A stretch of 64,000 nt of DNA from Gammaproteobacteria bacterium (lineage in GTDB: Bacteria; Pseudomonadota; Gammaproteobacteria; SZUA-152): the NCBI GenBank assembly GCA_029882975.1, contig JAOUJW010000003.1:67090-131089 (forward strand). The letters run 5' to 3'. The notes below the pieces were generated by a model, which made no database searches, had not been told where the DNA came from, and saw nothing but the letters and a program-made list of their open reading frames with translations. Positions within the stretch are counted from its first letter, which is position 1. Every line of letters starts with the position of its first letter. A program made the translations under genes and the position numbers. This document shows, piece by piece, positions 1-8,467 of the stretch.

Positions 1-1
1 T

Positions 2-730
2 CTAGGTAGTGCTTATATTGTCAATGATGAGCCCTTTAAAGCCATTGCTATATTAAAGGATGCTTTGAAGCAAGCGCCCGATAACAGTGGTCTGTTGAAC
101 GCCATGGGCGTGGCGTTTCATTTTTCGGAAAACAGTCTCAAGGCGCAGGATTATCTGCGTCGTGCCATGAGTCAAAGCAGCGGCTTTGCTGATCCCTTGT
201 ACAATTTGGGAATGATGGCTTATCTCGGAAACAATATGGAAGCGGCCAGGAGGTATTGGAAACAATATCTGGAACTGGACTCTAACAGTAATTGGGCGAA
301 AACCTTGCGCAGTCGCTACAAAGTGGATACGCAACTGGCCGTGTCTCGTGGCTTGATTTCAGTAAAAAACGAAATGCTGTCCGGCTTGCAGGTGGGGCAC
401 TATGCGGATGAAATTCCCCGTAGCTGGGGTAAAGGGGCGGTAAAATTGGTGTCTTTTAAGGATGCTCCCTTTACTACATCCGAATACGGCAATGGTATCA
501 CCACGTTGGCAGAAGGCGATGAGATTAGAGCGGTTCTCGCCGGTCTGGACTATGGCGGCGCCAGCAACCGCGGCATTAAAATTGGGGTTTCGCAAGAGCA
601 GGTGCTTAGCGCCTATGGTGTACCGTCATCTACATTAAATACGACTCTGGGGGCCAGTTGGGTTTACGCCAAAGAGCGCATAACTTTTCAAATCAGGGAC
701 AATTCTGTGGTTTCCTGGGTCATTTTTTGA
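2..730 (+). CDS. TPR-repeat protein, 5'-truncated by the window edge; C-terminus is paralogous to the M48-TPR protein at 60004-61938
   Basis: Frame is open from position 2 (LGSAYIVNDEPFKAIAILKDALKQ...). TPR-like helices (LNAMGVAF, LYNLGMMAY). C-terminal GLQVG...GIKIG...AYGVP...VVSWVIF domain. Confidence 0.75.
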   Translation, partial: LGSAYIVNDEPFKAIAILKDALKQAPDNSGLLNAMGVAFHFSENSLKAQDYLRRAMSQSSGFADPLYNLGMMAYLGNNMEAARRYWKQYLELDSNSNWAKTLRSRYKVDTQLAVSRGLISVKNEMLSGLQVGHYADEIPRSWGKGAVKLVSFKDAPFTTSEYGNGITTLAEGDEIRAVLAGLDYGGASNRGIKIGVSQEQVLSAYGVPSSTLNTTLGASWVYAKERITFQIRDNSVVSWVIF

Positions 731-771
731 TTTCAATAGCGCAAGAGCATGGGTTAAAAGAGAGAGTACAT

Positions 772-3138
772 ATGGGTTGTAATTTTGAGGGTAAGCAGTT
801 TTTCCCAAAACGGTACATAGGTTTGGTTGTGGGTTTTTCCCTGTTGTTGGCGCAGAATGTTTTCGCCCTTGCAGAGAATGCGAAACCGGAAATCTCATCA
901 GGAATTGCGGATACTGATAATAAAACCAGAGCCGTGGAGTTGTTTAGTCTTGGGGAGTTCGGTGAGTCTATTGCCTATTGGAAAGCCGCACTTGCACAGG
1001 ATCAGGCCAGCGGTGATACAGAGGGGCAGGTTATTTCCTTGTACAACCTGTCCATTGCTCAACGGTCTGTAGGCGCTGTGACTAAGGCAATACGTAGTTT
1101 ACAAGAAGCTTGGCGCCGTGGGGTGAAAATCCACAACCCGGAACTCAAGGCGAGAATCAAAAGTAGTTTGGGTAGTTTGTTTTTGTATTCCGGGAAACAG
1201 GAAAAAGCGCTGGAATTGCTGCGTCAGGCGCGTCGGGATGCGGTGGCGATTAAGGATTGGGAACTGGAGTCCATGGTTTTAAATGATCTTGGGAATCTTT
1301 ATGCTGCACGGTCGCAGTATGACCTGGCATTGGGTACCTTTGAATTTGCCGCTTTGCTGGGTGAGCAAAACAAGAGTCCCTTGTTAACGGCCAAAGCCAA
1401 TACCAACATCACCTCGGTGTTGGTACAGCAAGGACGTGCGAAGGCGGCCAGTCGCAGTGCCGTTTCCGTATTACGTGGCTTACGGTCTCAATCGGTTTCC
1501 TATGAGTCCGTAATGATCTTGGCGAGTTTAGCCCAAGCTGTACAAGGTGTTATGCAATTGCCACTAAAACCTCAGGATCGGCTGGACCGCAAACAAATGG
1601 TTCATGAGGTGGTCAGGGCGATTAATCAGACCACAGATTTTCTCGATCGCTTGGCCAGCGGTCGTTTAGCATCGCGCGTCTATGGTGCTATGGCGGCTAT
1701 TTATGAGGCAGCTGAACAATGGGGTGATGCGGCTGCGTTAAATAGCAAGGCGATTTTTGAGGCACAAAAAGGCGAGTCCACCGATTTGTTATACCAGTGG
1801 CAGTGGCAAGCGGGGCGAATTTATAACAAACTGGGGCAGCAAGACGACTCGATTAGGGCTTACCGACTGGCTGTAAATGCCTTGCAGCCCATTCGTCAGG
1901 AACTGAGTAAGCGGCAATTGGGTAAAGATTCCCGGTTTTCAGAGACGCAAGGCAATGTCTATTTGGAGTTGACTGACAACTTGCTGAGAAAAACGGATAA
2001 TTTAAGCAATCCTCGTCAGCGAACCCAATTGCTATTGGAAGCCAGAAATACCATGGAGCTGCAAAAAGAGGCTGAATTACAGGATTATTTTAAAGACAGT
2101 TGTGTTGTTAATGCCAAGAACAACATTAAACACATTGATGAAACACTGGCGGATAATACGGCTGTTTTGTATCCCATATTACTTCCCGATCGTACGGAAT
2201 TACTGGTGAGCTTTGGCTCGGGGATGGAGCGATATACGGTTAAGAAAACCGAGGCAGAGGTTACTGAGGAGGTTAGAGCCCTACGGGTTCGCTTGGAAAG
2301 TCTGCGCACACGAGCCTATTTGCCTCATGCTCGAAAATTGTATCAATGGTTGATTCAGCCCATGGAAGCGGATTTTCAAAAACGCGGTATTAACACCTTG
2401 GTTATGGTGGCAGATAAATCCTTGCGTACCATCCCCATGTCCGTGTTGCATGATGGAGAGCAGTTTTTAATTAACAAATACGCTTTGGCGACTTCACCGG
2501 GGTTGAAACTCACTGACCCCAGGCCATTGCAGCGAGATAATTTGCAAATTCTACTAAGCGGATTAAGTGAGTCAGTACAAGGATTTCCGGCCTTACAATA
2601 TGTACGCGGGGAACTGGAGGAAATACAGGATTTGTATGTGGGTAAGTTGCTGCTAAACCGAGAATTTGTCAGCGCCAGTGTGGCGAAAGCTTTGCGGGAT
2701 ACCAATTACTCCGTTACCCATATTGCATCGCATAGTGTTTTTTCAGGTGACGTGGAACAATCCTATATCCTGACGTATGATGATCGAATCACTGTGGACC
2801 AATTGGGGCAATTTGCCGCTTTAAGTCGCAGTCGTTCCAAACCTATTGAGCTGTTGACCTTAAGTGCCTGCCAGACGGCAGCGGGAGATGATCGAGCGGC
2901 TCTGGGTTTGGCCGGCGTAGCTATTAAATCCGGGGCTCGCAGCGCCTTGGCCAGTTTGTGGGCAATAAATGATCAGGCTTCAGCTGTGCTGATTACGGAA
3001 TTTTATCGGCAGTTACGCGATCCGGTTGTTACCAAAGCGCAAGCCTTACAGCGTGCTCAGAGCAAGTTGATGCAGAACGTTCGGTATCGGCATCCGGGTT
3101 ACTGGTCTCCCTTCTTGTTAATTGGAAACTGGTTATAA
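772..3138 (+). CDS. Secreted TPR + CHAT (caspase/HetF-like) domain protein
   Basis: ATG at 772 followed by a signal-peptide-like segment (VGFSLLLAQNVFA), then TPR helices. C-terminal CHAT motifs HIASH, LTLSACQTA, ASLW and HPGYWSPF. Confidence 0.9.
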   Translation: MGCNFEGKQFFPKRYIGLVVGFSLLLAQNVFALAENAKPEISSGIADTDNKTRAVELFSLGEFGESIAYWKAALAQDQASGDTEGQVISLYNLSIAQRSVGAVTKAIRSLQEAWRRGVKIHNPELKARIKSSLGSLFLYSGKQEKALELLRQARRDAVAIKDWELESMVLNDLGNLYAARSQYDLALGTFEFAALLGEQNKSPLLTAKANTNITSVLVQQGRAKAASRSAVSVLRGLRSQSVSYESVMILASLAQAVQGVMQLPLKPQDRLDRKQMVHEVVRAINQTTDFLDRLASGRLASRVYGAMAAIYEAAEQWGDAAALNSKAIFEAQKGESTDLLYQWQWQAGRIYNKLGQQDDSIRAYRLAVNALQPIRQELSKRQLGKDSRFSETQGNVYLELTDNLLRKTDNLSNPRQRTQLLLEARNTMELQKEAELQDYFKDSCVVNAKNNIKHIDETLADNTAVLYPILLPDRTELLVSFGSGMERYTVKKTEAEVTEEVRALRVRLESLRTRAYLPHARKLYQWLIQPMEADFQKRGINTLVMVADKSLRTIPMSVLHDGEQFLINKYALATSPGLKLTDPRPLQRDNLQILLSGLSESVQGFPALQYVRGELEEIQDLYVGKLLLNREFVSASVAKALRDTNYSVTHIASHSVFSGDVEQSYILTYDDRITVDQLGQFAALSRSRSKPIELLTLSACQTAAGDDRAALGLAGVAIKSGARSALASLWAINDQASAVLITEFYRQLRDPVVTKAQALQRAQSKLMQNVRYRHPGYWSPFLLIGNWL

Positions 3139-3438
3139 AACCAACAAACATCGGTGGCAGCAATCGCCGCAGCGGCCTCTGTCACACTAAAAATGTGTAC
3201 AAATCTCAACTGCTTGTTTATAGTTTTACTGTCACTCAGGTCGGCGTGCAATTCTAATAACTAAAGGTGCGCACATTTGTCGACTCCGCACGGGATGGAT
3301 AAAGCGGAGTACTTTTACGTAACGACTACCATCAAACCTGAAACTCACGTCATTGTTTTAAATGCTTTCATCCCCGCATTCGTGAAAGCATACAGATTGA
3401 CAGACTGGACAGTCTGAGAATAACTATGAGGGGGCAGG

Positions 3439-4029
3439 ATGCTTGCTGGTTTGAATAAATATTGGGCACTTGGTGCAGCGGTCATGTTACCGCTTGCGAT
3501 TCTCGGCGCGTGCAAACACCAAAACGGTGAATCCGTGAGTTTACAGCGTTTGTCAGATACCATCTATCAGATTGTCAAAGCGAACCGTCATGTCTACGCG
3601 CGTCACATCGTGCAGCGGTTGCATATGAATGACCAAACGGTGAAATTTGCCGAGCAATGGCAGGAGCTCAAAGCATTACCGGTGCCATCACAAATGTTGC
3701 GTATGGGTGCTGCGGAGGTGAATACCAGTAGCGGTGGTGATGTCCAATACAGCTTAAAGTCCCTGTGGGCCATCAATCGATCTCACTTTCCTGCTGAGAA
3801 TCAAGAGCGAGAAGGCTTGATTCATATTTTGAAAAATCCGGGTAAAAATTTCTACAGTGAAATAGAAGAGAGTGGGCAACGGTATTTTTTGGCAATATAT
3901 CCGGATATTGCTGTAGAACAGTCTTGTGTGGAATGCCACAATTCGCACCCAAACAGCCCTAAAAAAGATTTTCAGAAAGGGGACTTGATGGGTGGATTGA
4001 TTGTTCGGGTTCGGTTGCCTCAGAAGTAA
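3439..4029 (+). CDS. DUF3365/Tll0287-like monoheme c-type lipoprotein
   Basis: Lipobox LGAC, single C-terminal CVECH followed by F.KGDLMGG; GAGGGG RBS. Confidence 0.8.
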   Translation: MLAGLNKYWALGAAVMLPLAILGACKHQNGESVSLQRLSDTIYQIVKANRHVYARHIVQRLHMNDQTVKFAEQWQELKALPVPSQMLRMGAAEVNTSSGGDVQYSLKSLWAINRSHFPAENQEREGLIHILKNPGKNFYSEIEESGQRYFLAIYPDIAVEQSCVECHNSHPNSPKKDFQKGDLMGGLIVRVRLPQK

Positions 4030-4048
4030 TGAATCTGGGGGGCGGTTG

Positions 4049-4086
4049 AAAAAACAGCCTGTCCCAGCGAGCGCGGGTCAGGCTGT
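4049..4086 (-). terminator. Rho-independent terminator for the minus-strand cytochrome genes (possibly bidirectional)
   Basis: Stem ACAGCCTG/CAGGCTGT with a flanking A6 tract, lying between convergent genes. Confidence 0.6.
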
Positions 4087-4229
4087 AACCTCCAGAGAGT
4101 AAGAGTAGATCCCGGTCAAGCCGGAACATTCCGTTCTTGGGTGTGTGGCAGCACCTAGAACAGGGTGCTAGTTTAGTGCCGGTGGGGTTACACAGAACTT
4201 ACATTTTCCACCAAAATTGACACCAAACG

Positions 4230-4883
4230 TTAAAGACTGGCGAAATATGCTCTCAATTCATCCACTTTATTTTGAGGTATGTTATTGAATGCGCCCATCA
4301 ATTCATAAGGGCCGCCATAAAGGGACAGGTTCCGGCTTAAGGGCATGCTTTTTAGAGCCAAATCACTTGCGTTGAAAGCACGACTGGTGTCATCGACGCC
4401 GGCGGCGTGACAAATAGCGCATTTAGCAGCATAGAATGCGCGTCCATTGGGTATGACCTCAGTACTGACGGTTATCACCACCGTACCTTCTGCTTTGGTT
4501 CCATCGGGGTCCAAGGCAATATAATTAAAACGATCTTCTCCGGTAAAGCCGGTGACGGGGGTATAGGTAAATCGGCCCCCACCCTCGTGGATCACGCTAC
4601 CACCTTGGGTACTGTTACTGTCGAAACTATCAATGCCCAGGACGTGACCGCTGCTGCTGGAATCATTATCCAATACGCTGACCACGCCACTGGAATCCGG
4701 AGGCAGGCTCAGGGTGTCATTCCCGATAGTGAGTTCAGCCGGCGGTGGTACGGGTGGTGGAGCCGATTGTGTGCCGCTGTCATAGCAGGTTACCACGGTG
4801 AGCGCCAGCAGGATGACGGGCATGACTTGGTAGAGATAAAACCGGCGGCGATGTTGGAAGTGCATTGTGATTTTGGTTCTCAT
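4230..4883 (-). CDS. Putative lipoprotein with an Ig-like/cadherin-like (Big_9-type) domain and a C-terminal monoheme cytochrome c
   Basis: Hydrophobic stretch then Cys (TVVTC); VLDND...FTYTP..GFTGEDRFNY motif; GRAFYAAKCAICH with a downstream Met. Confidence 0.75.
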   Translation of the reverse strand: MRTKITMHFQHRRRFYLYQVMPVILLALTVVTCYDSGTQSAPPPVPPPAELTIGNDTLSLPPDSSGVVSVLDNDSSSSGHVLGIDSFDSNSTQGGSVIHEGGGRFTYTPVTGFTGEDRFNYIALDPDGTKAEGTVVITVSTEVIPNGRAFYAAKCAICHAAGVDDTSRAFNASDLALKSMPLSRNLSLYGGPYELMGAFNNIPQNKVDELRAYFASL

Positions 4884-4893
4884 ACAACATCAC

Positions 4894-6759
4894 CTACTGC
4901 GTGGTTAGGAAGTTGCTGATAAGGCCGGTGTCGCTGCCGGACCCGCTGGTACTCAAATAGGGTTGTAATTGTTGCATGTCATTTTTATTCACAATGGCCC
5001 GGTTGATTTCGCTTTGTGTGGCGCCGACAATATTGTCCACGGGACCGCCCTGGCCATTGACGCCGTGACAGGTTTCACAATACACATGATAGAGCCCTGC
5101 GCCGTCGACAGGTTTGGTACCCCCGCCACCGGAGGCGAGAAACTCGACAATCAATTGTTGTTGGGTGTTGTCCAACTGCAGGGATCGCATCAGAGCAATT
5201 CGGTTAATGGCATTTTCGACAAACCTCAAGGACGTACCTGTGACCACTTTATAAGTGCCACCACGACCGTCGGTACCGTGACACACCGAACAAAATACGC
5301 CATACAATCCCGCGCCATCCACGGGTAACGGCCCGCTGCCGCCGCTGCTCAGGAAGTTGCCAATGGCGTTCAGTTGGGTTGCATTGAGCTGTAACGGGTT
5401 CATCCAGCTTTCCGCTGCAATGGCGGCGCTGATCATGGTAGACGGCGCTCCGGTTACGGCCTTAAATTTACCGCCATGACCACCGTTGCCGTGACACACA
5501 GCACAGAAAATCCGGTACAGACCGGCGCCGTCAGTCGGCAGGCTGCCACTGCCTCCGGCGGTGAGAAAATTTGCCACCAGTTGAGTTTCCTCCAGCGACA
5601 GGCTGATGTTCTGCATGGCCGGTATATCGGCAATGGCAGCTGCTATCATGGGGAAGGAAGCACCGCTAACGCCTGACTCAATACCGCCGCGGCCATCAAT
5701 GCCATGGCAGGCGGAACAGAACATGCCATATAGGCCCGGACCGTCGTTAGGCCTGGGGGGAGGCGCAGTGCTGCCCACCAGCAGAAAATCTGCGATGAGC
5801 TGAACTTCATTGTTGGTGACAGAGATAGCGCTCATCGCGGCAATATTGTTCAATGCTGTTGTGATTTGTGTTGTTGTGGCACCCACTACTGCGACTGCAG
5901 AACCTCCGAATCCGCCGGTGCCATGACAGGCAAAACAATATTGGTTATAAAGCGCTTCACCTTCGGGTGAGCCGGCATTGGCGTTGATGATTACGGTGGT
6001 CGCGGCGGCAGCGGTGAGCTTATCGTTATCGGTTACTGCCATGGTAATGGTATAGCTGCCTTCGTTCATGTAACTGTGATTAACAACCGCTCCTTGTTCA
6101 AAAGCACTGCCGTCACCGAAGTCCCATAAATATCGTGATATGGTTCCGTCGCCATCCACGGATGCGCTCGCATCCAGTGATATGGAATCTCCGGGTTGAG
6201 CCGCGTACGGAGCGCTGATATGCGCTTCGGGAACGATAGGCCCCGGAGCCGGTACAATTTCAATATCCAAACTGCTAAGGGCAACGCTATCTCCTTCCAT
6301 GGTGGCGTCGTTGTCAGCGGATACAACAGCTGCATATAGAGTCACAACCCCGGTAGTGACCGGCGCTGTAAAGGTAAACGTCCATTCTACGCCGGCGTTA
6401 CCGACGCTATAGGGGGAACTGTGTTTCAGTTCCCGTTGCTCCAGTACCATATTGCTGCTGCCAGGCGTTAAGGTGCCTGCTGTGGCGCTGATATTGAAAC
6501 CCCCCAGGTTTTGTTGGCCTCCGCTCATAATCAAGGTGAAACCGGCACTGCTGCCGGCCTCCATGTTGATGGCGCCGTTTAGACTGATGGAAGGGGGGAT
6601 ACCTCCCGTGTGGCAAGCACTGCAACTGGATCCGGCGTTGGTATTGGGATTGCCCGATTGGCCGGTAATTCCGCTGCTCAAAGCGGTGGCCTGTTGGGGT
6701 ATGCTCAGTGAGAGTAGCAAGAGAAAATAAAAACTATTTGGTAATGAACGTTGTACCAT
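4894..6759 (-). CDS. Exported multidomain cytochrome c: Reeler/choice-of-anchor-V-like + PKD + five tandem class I monoheme domains (6 CxxCH)
   Basis: Signal peptide; N-terminal CSACH; PKD motif YLWDFGDG; repeats of G..LY...CxxCHG..G.GG (CFACH, CSACH, CAVCH, CSVCH, CETCH). Confidence 0.85.
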   Translation of the reverse strand: MVQRSLPNSFYFLLLLSLSIPQQATALSSGITGQSGNPNTNAGSSCSACHTGGIPPSISLNGAINMEAGSSAGFTLIMSGGQQNLGGFNISATAGTLTPGSSNMVLEQRELKHSSPYSVGNAGVEWTFTFTAPVTTGVVTLYAAVVSADNDATMEGDSVALSSLDIEIVPAPGPIVPEAHISAPYAAQPGDSISLDASASVDGDGTISRYLWDFGDGSAFEQGAVVNHSYMNEGSYTITMAVTDNDKLTAAAATTVIINANAGSPEGEALYNQYCFACHGTGGFGGSAVAVVGATTTQITTALNNIAAMSAISVTNNEVQLIADFLLVGSTAPPPRPNDGPGLYGMFCSACHGIDGRGGIESGVSGASFPMIAAAIADIPAMQNISLSLEETQLVANFLTAGGSGSLPTDGAGLYRIFCAVCHGNGGHGGKFKAVTGAPSTMISAAIAAESWMNPLQLNATQLNAIGNFLSSGGSGPLPVDGAGLYGVFCSVCHGTDGRGGTYKVVTGTSLRFVENAINRIALMRSLQLDNTQQQLIVEFLASGGGGTKPVDGAGLYHVYCETCHGVNGQGGPVDNIVGATQSEINRAIVNKNDMQQLQPYLSTSGSGSDTGLISNFLTTQ

Positions 6760-7193
6760 AATTTTCTACCAACAATAGTACCCGTACCTCGGTGCGCTCA
6801 TGTATCTCCTGAAATTGATTTTCCTGCTGTCATGGTGGTGCAATGGGCCACTGATGTCTGTATTACGTTGGGCAATCAGAGAGGGTTCCCTTTATTTATA
6901 GTCCCAAACCCTATGCTTGCGCAATCAAAATAATAGTGATTTAAGTATAAAATCAGCTTATGTTGACTGACGCTTAAACCCATACACAATTGGATTTTGT
7001 CATACAAACAAGCGTTTATTGGTTTGGCGGGGTGGCCAGGCAGTTGCCCATTGTCCGTGGTTTTCCTACGTGTTACGGCGCAAGTTCGGTAATTACAGAG
7101 GAAAATAGCGCGCGTGTCTTACGTATAAAAAAGAAGTGCAGAGTATTGATTGTTGTGATGTAAGCGTAGTGTGGTATAGGCGGCGAATGGTTT

Positions 7194-7235
7194 TTGATGT
7201 ATATCATAGTGGCTCTAGAGTATTGCGACTATGCT
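7194..7235 (+). promoter_or_regulatory. FNR/Anr-family box plus -10 element (class II promoter) upstream of the decaheme gene
   Basis: TTGAT-GTAT-ATCAT at 7194-7207 (9/10 to TTGAT-N4-ATCAA) and TATGCT at 7230-7235, consistent with -41.5 spacing. Confidence 0.65.
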
Positions 7236-7335
7236 GGGGTTACATAAACGGTAGTAACAGAATGTGTATCAAGTCCAGTTCCGCTAATAATGGTCTAGAC
7301 TTCTTTGAAGGCCACCCTGTCGAGCGGAGAAGAAA

Positions 7336-8433
7336 ATGGTGAAACGCAGACAATTGGTGATGATCTGTGGGGGACTTGTGTTGTTCTTCCAAGGACCGTT
7401 TTTCGCGTTCGTACAAATCTCTTTATTGCAAAACCCTTTGTTCCTAAGCCAGTTGTTCCAAAACCGGTTGTTTCAAAACGCATACTCGCAACGCGCCTTT
7501 CTGGTAAGCAATGGTGTCGTCTGGGCAGAGGAGCGAAAAGTCTTTACCGAAGACGATATTCAAGAGTCTGATATAAAGCCGGCCGGAAGTATTCCTTATT
7601 CCCAAAAAGGTGCGGATACCTGCCTAAAGTGCCATGATGAAGATTACGCTTTTCCCGTCTTGGATATTTTCTACGGCGTCCACGGTAACCGTGTTAATAA
7701 GCGCTCACCCATGGCGGGTTTGCAATGTGAGTCTTGTCATGGTCCGGGTGGTTTGCATGAGTTAGAACCTTTTGTAGGTAAACCCAGGGCTCCGATTATT
7801 AAATTTGGGCGCGACAGCCAAACTGCTGTCAGTAAACAAAATTCAATGTGTTTACAGTGTCATGCGGACCAACACAGAGCACAGTGGCGGGGTAGTGCAC
7901 ACCAGAGCCAAGCGATGCGGTGTGTGGATTGTCACACTTTACATGTGCCCAAAGACCCAATTATGCAACGCGATACGCAGGTGGATAAATGTTTCCAATG
8001 CCACCCAAAACAACGAGCTGAATTCCAGCGTTCTTCGGTCCACCCGGTTCGATTTGGGAAAATGCAATGTACCCAATGCCACAATCCCCACGGTGCGGTA
8101 GCGCCATTCTTGTTGCGTAACAACAGCAGTCGCTTATGTTATACCTGTCACGCGGATAAGCGTGGTCCGTTCCTTTGGGCTCATGCGCCGGTCTCGGAGG
8201 ACTGCGGTATTTGTCACAGGCCACACGGTTCGGTTTACGATGCTTTGCTAAAAAAGCGAGCCCCGCTGTTGTGTCAGCAATGTCATGCCAACGGGCATTC
8301 CAGTGTCAAATATGGCAGTGATGGTTTAGCTCAGCAAACCCCTAATGCCTTTTTGTTGGCTAAATCCTGTTTGAATTGTCATTTTCAGATTCATGGTTCT
8401 AATCATCCTTCCGGGGTGAAGTTAATGCGTTAG
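7336..8433 (+). CDS. mtrA: DmsE/MtrA/MtoA-family periplasmic decaheme cytochrome c
   Basis: Ten CxxCH motifs; GADTCLKCH; KRGPFLWAH; C-terminal IHGSNHPSG signature. Confidence 0.92.
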   Translation: MVKRRQLVMICGGLVLFFQGPFFAFVQISLLQNPLFLSQLFQNRLFQNAYSQRAFLVSNGVVWAEERKVFTEDDIQESDIKPAGSIPYSQKGADTCLKCHDEDYAFPVLDIFYGVHGNRVNKRSPMAGLQCESCHGPGGLHELEPFVGKPRAPIIKFGRDSQTAVSKQNSMCLQCHADQHRAQWRGSAHQSQAMRCVDCHTLHVPKDPIMQRDTQVDKCFQCHPKQRAEFQRSSVHPVRFGKMQCTQCHNPHGAVAPFLLRNNSSRLCYTCHADKRGPFLWAHAPVSEDCGICHRPHGSVYDALLKKRAPLLCQQCHANGHSSVKYGSDGLAQQTPNAFLLAKSCLNCHFQIHGSNHPSGVKLMR

Positions 8434-8467
8434 GGGTTTAAACGCTGCGTTACTACGGAGACCGACA

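Noticed and set aside
658..771. Longer N-terminus for the CHAT ORF
   Set aside because: Overlaps the upstream gene. ATG 772 has a purine-rich leader and gives a plausible signal peptide.
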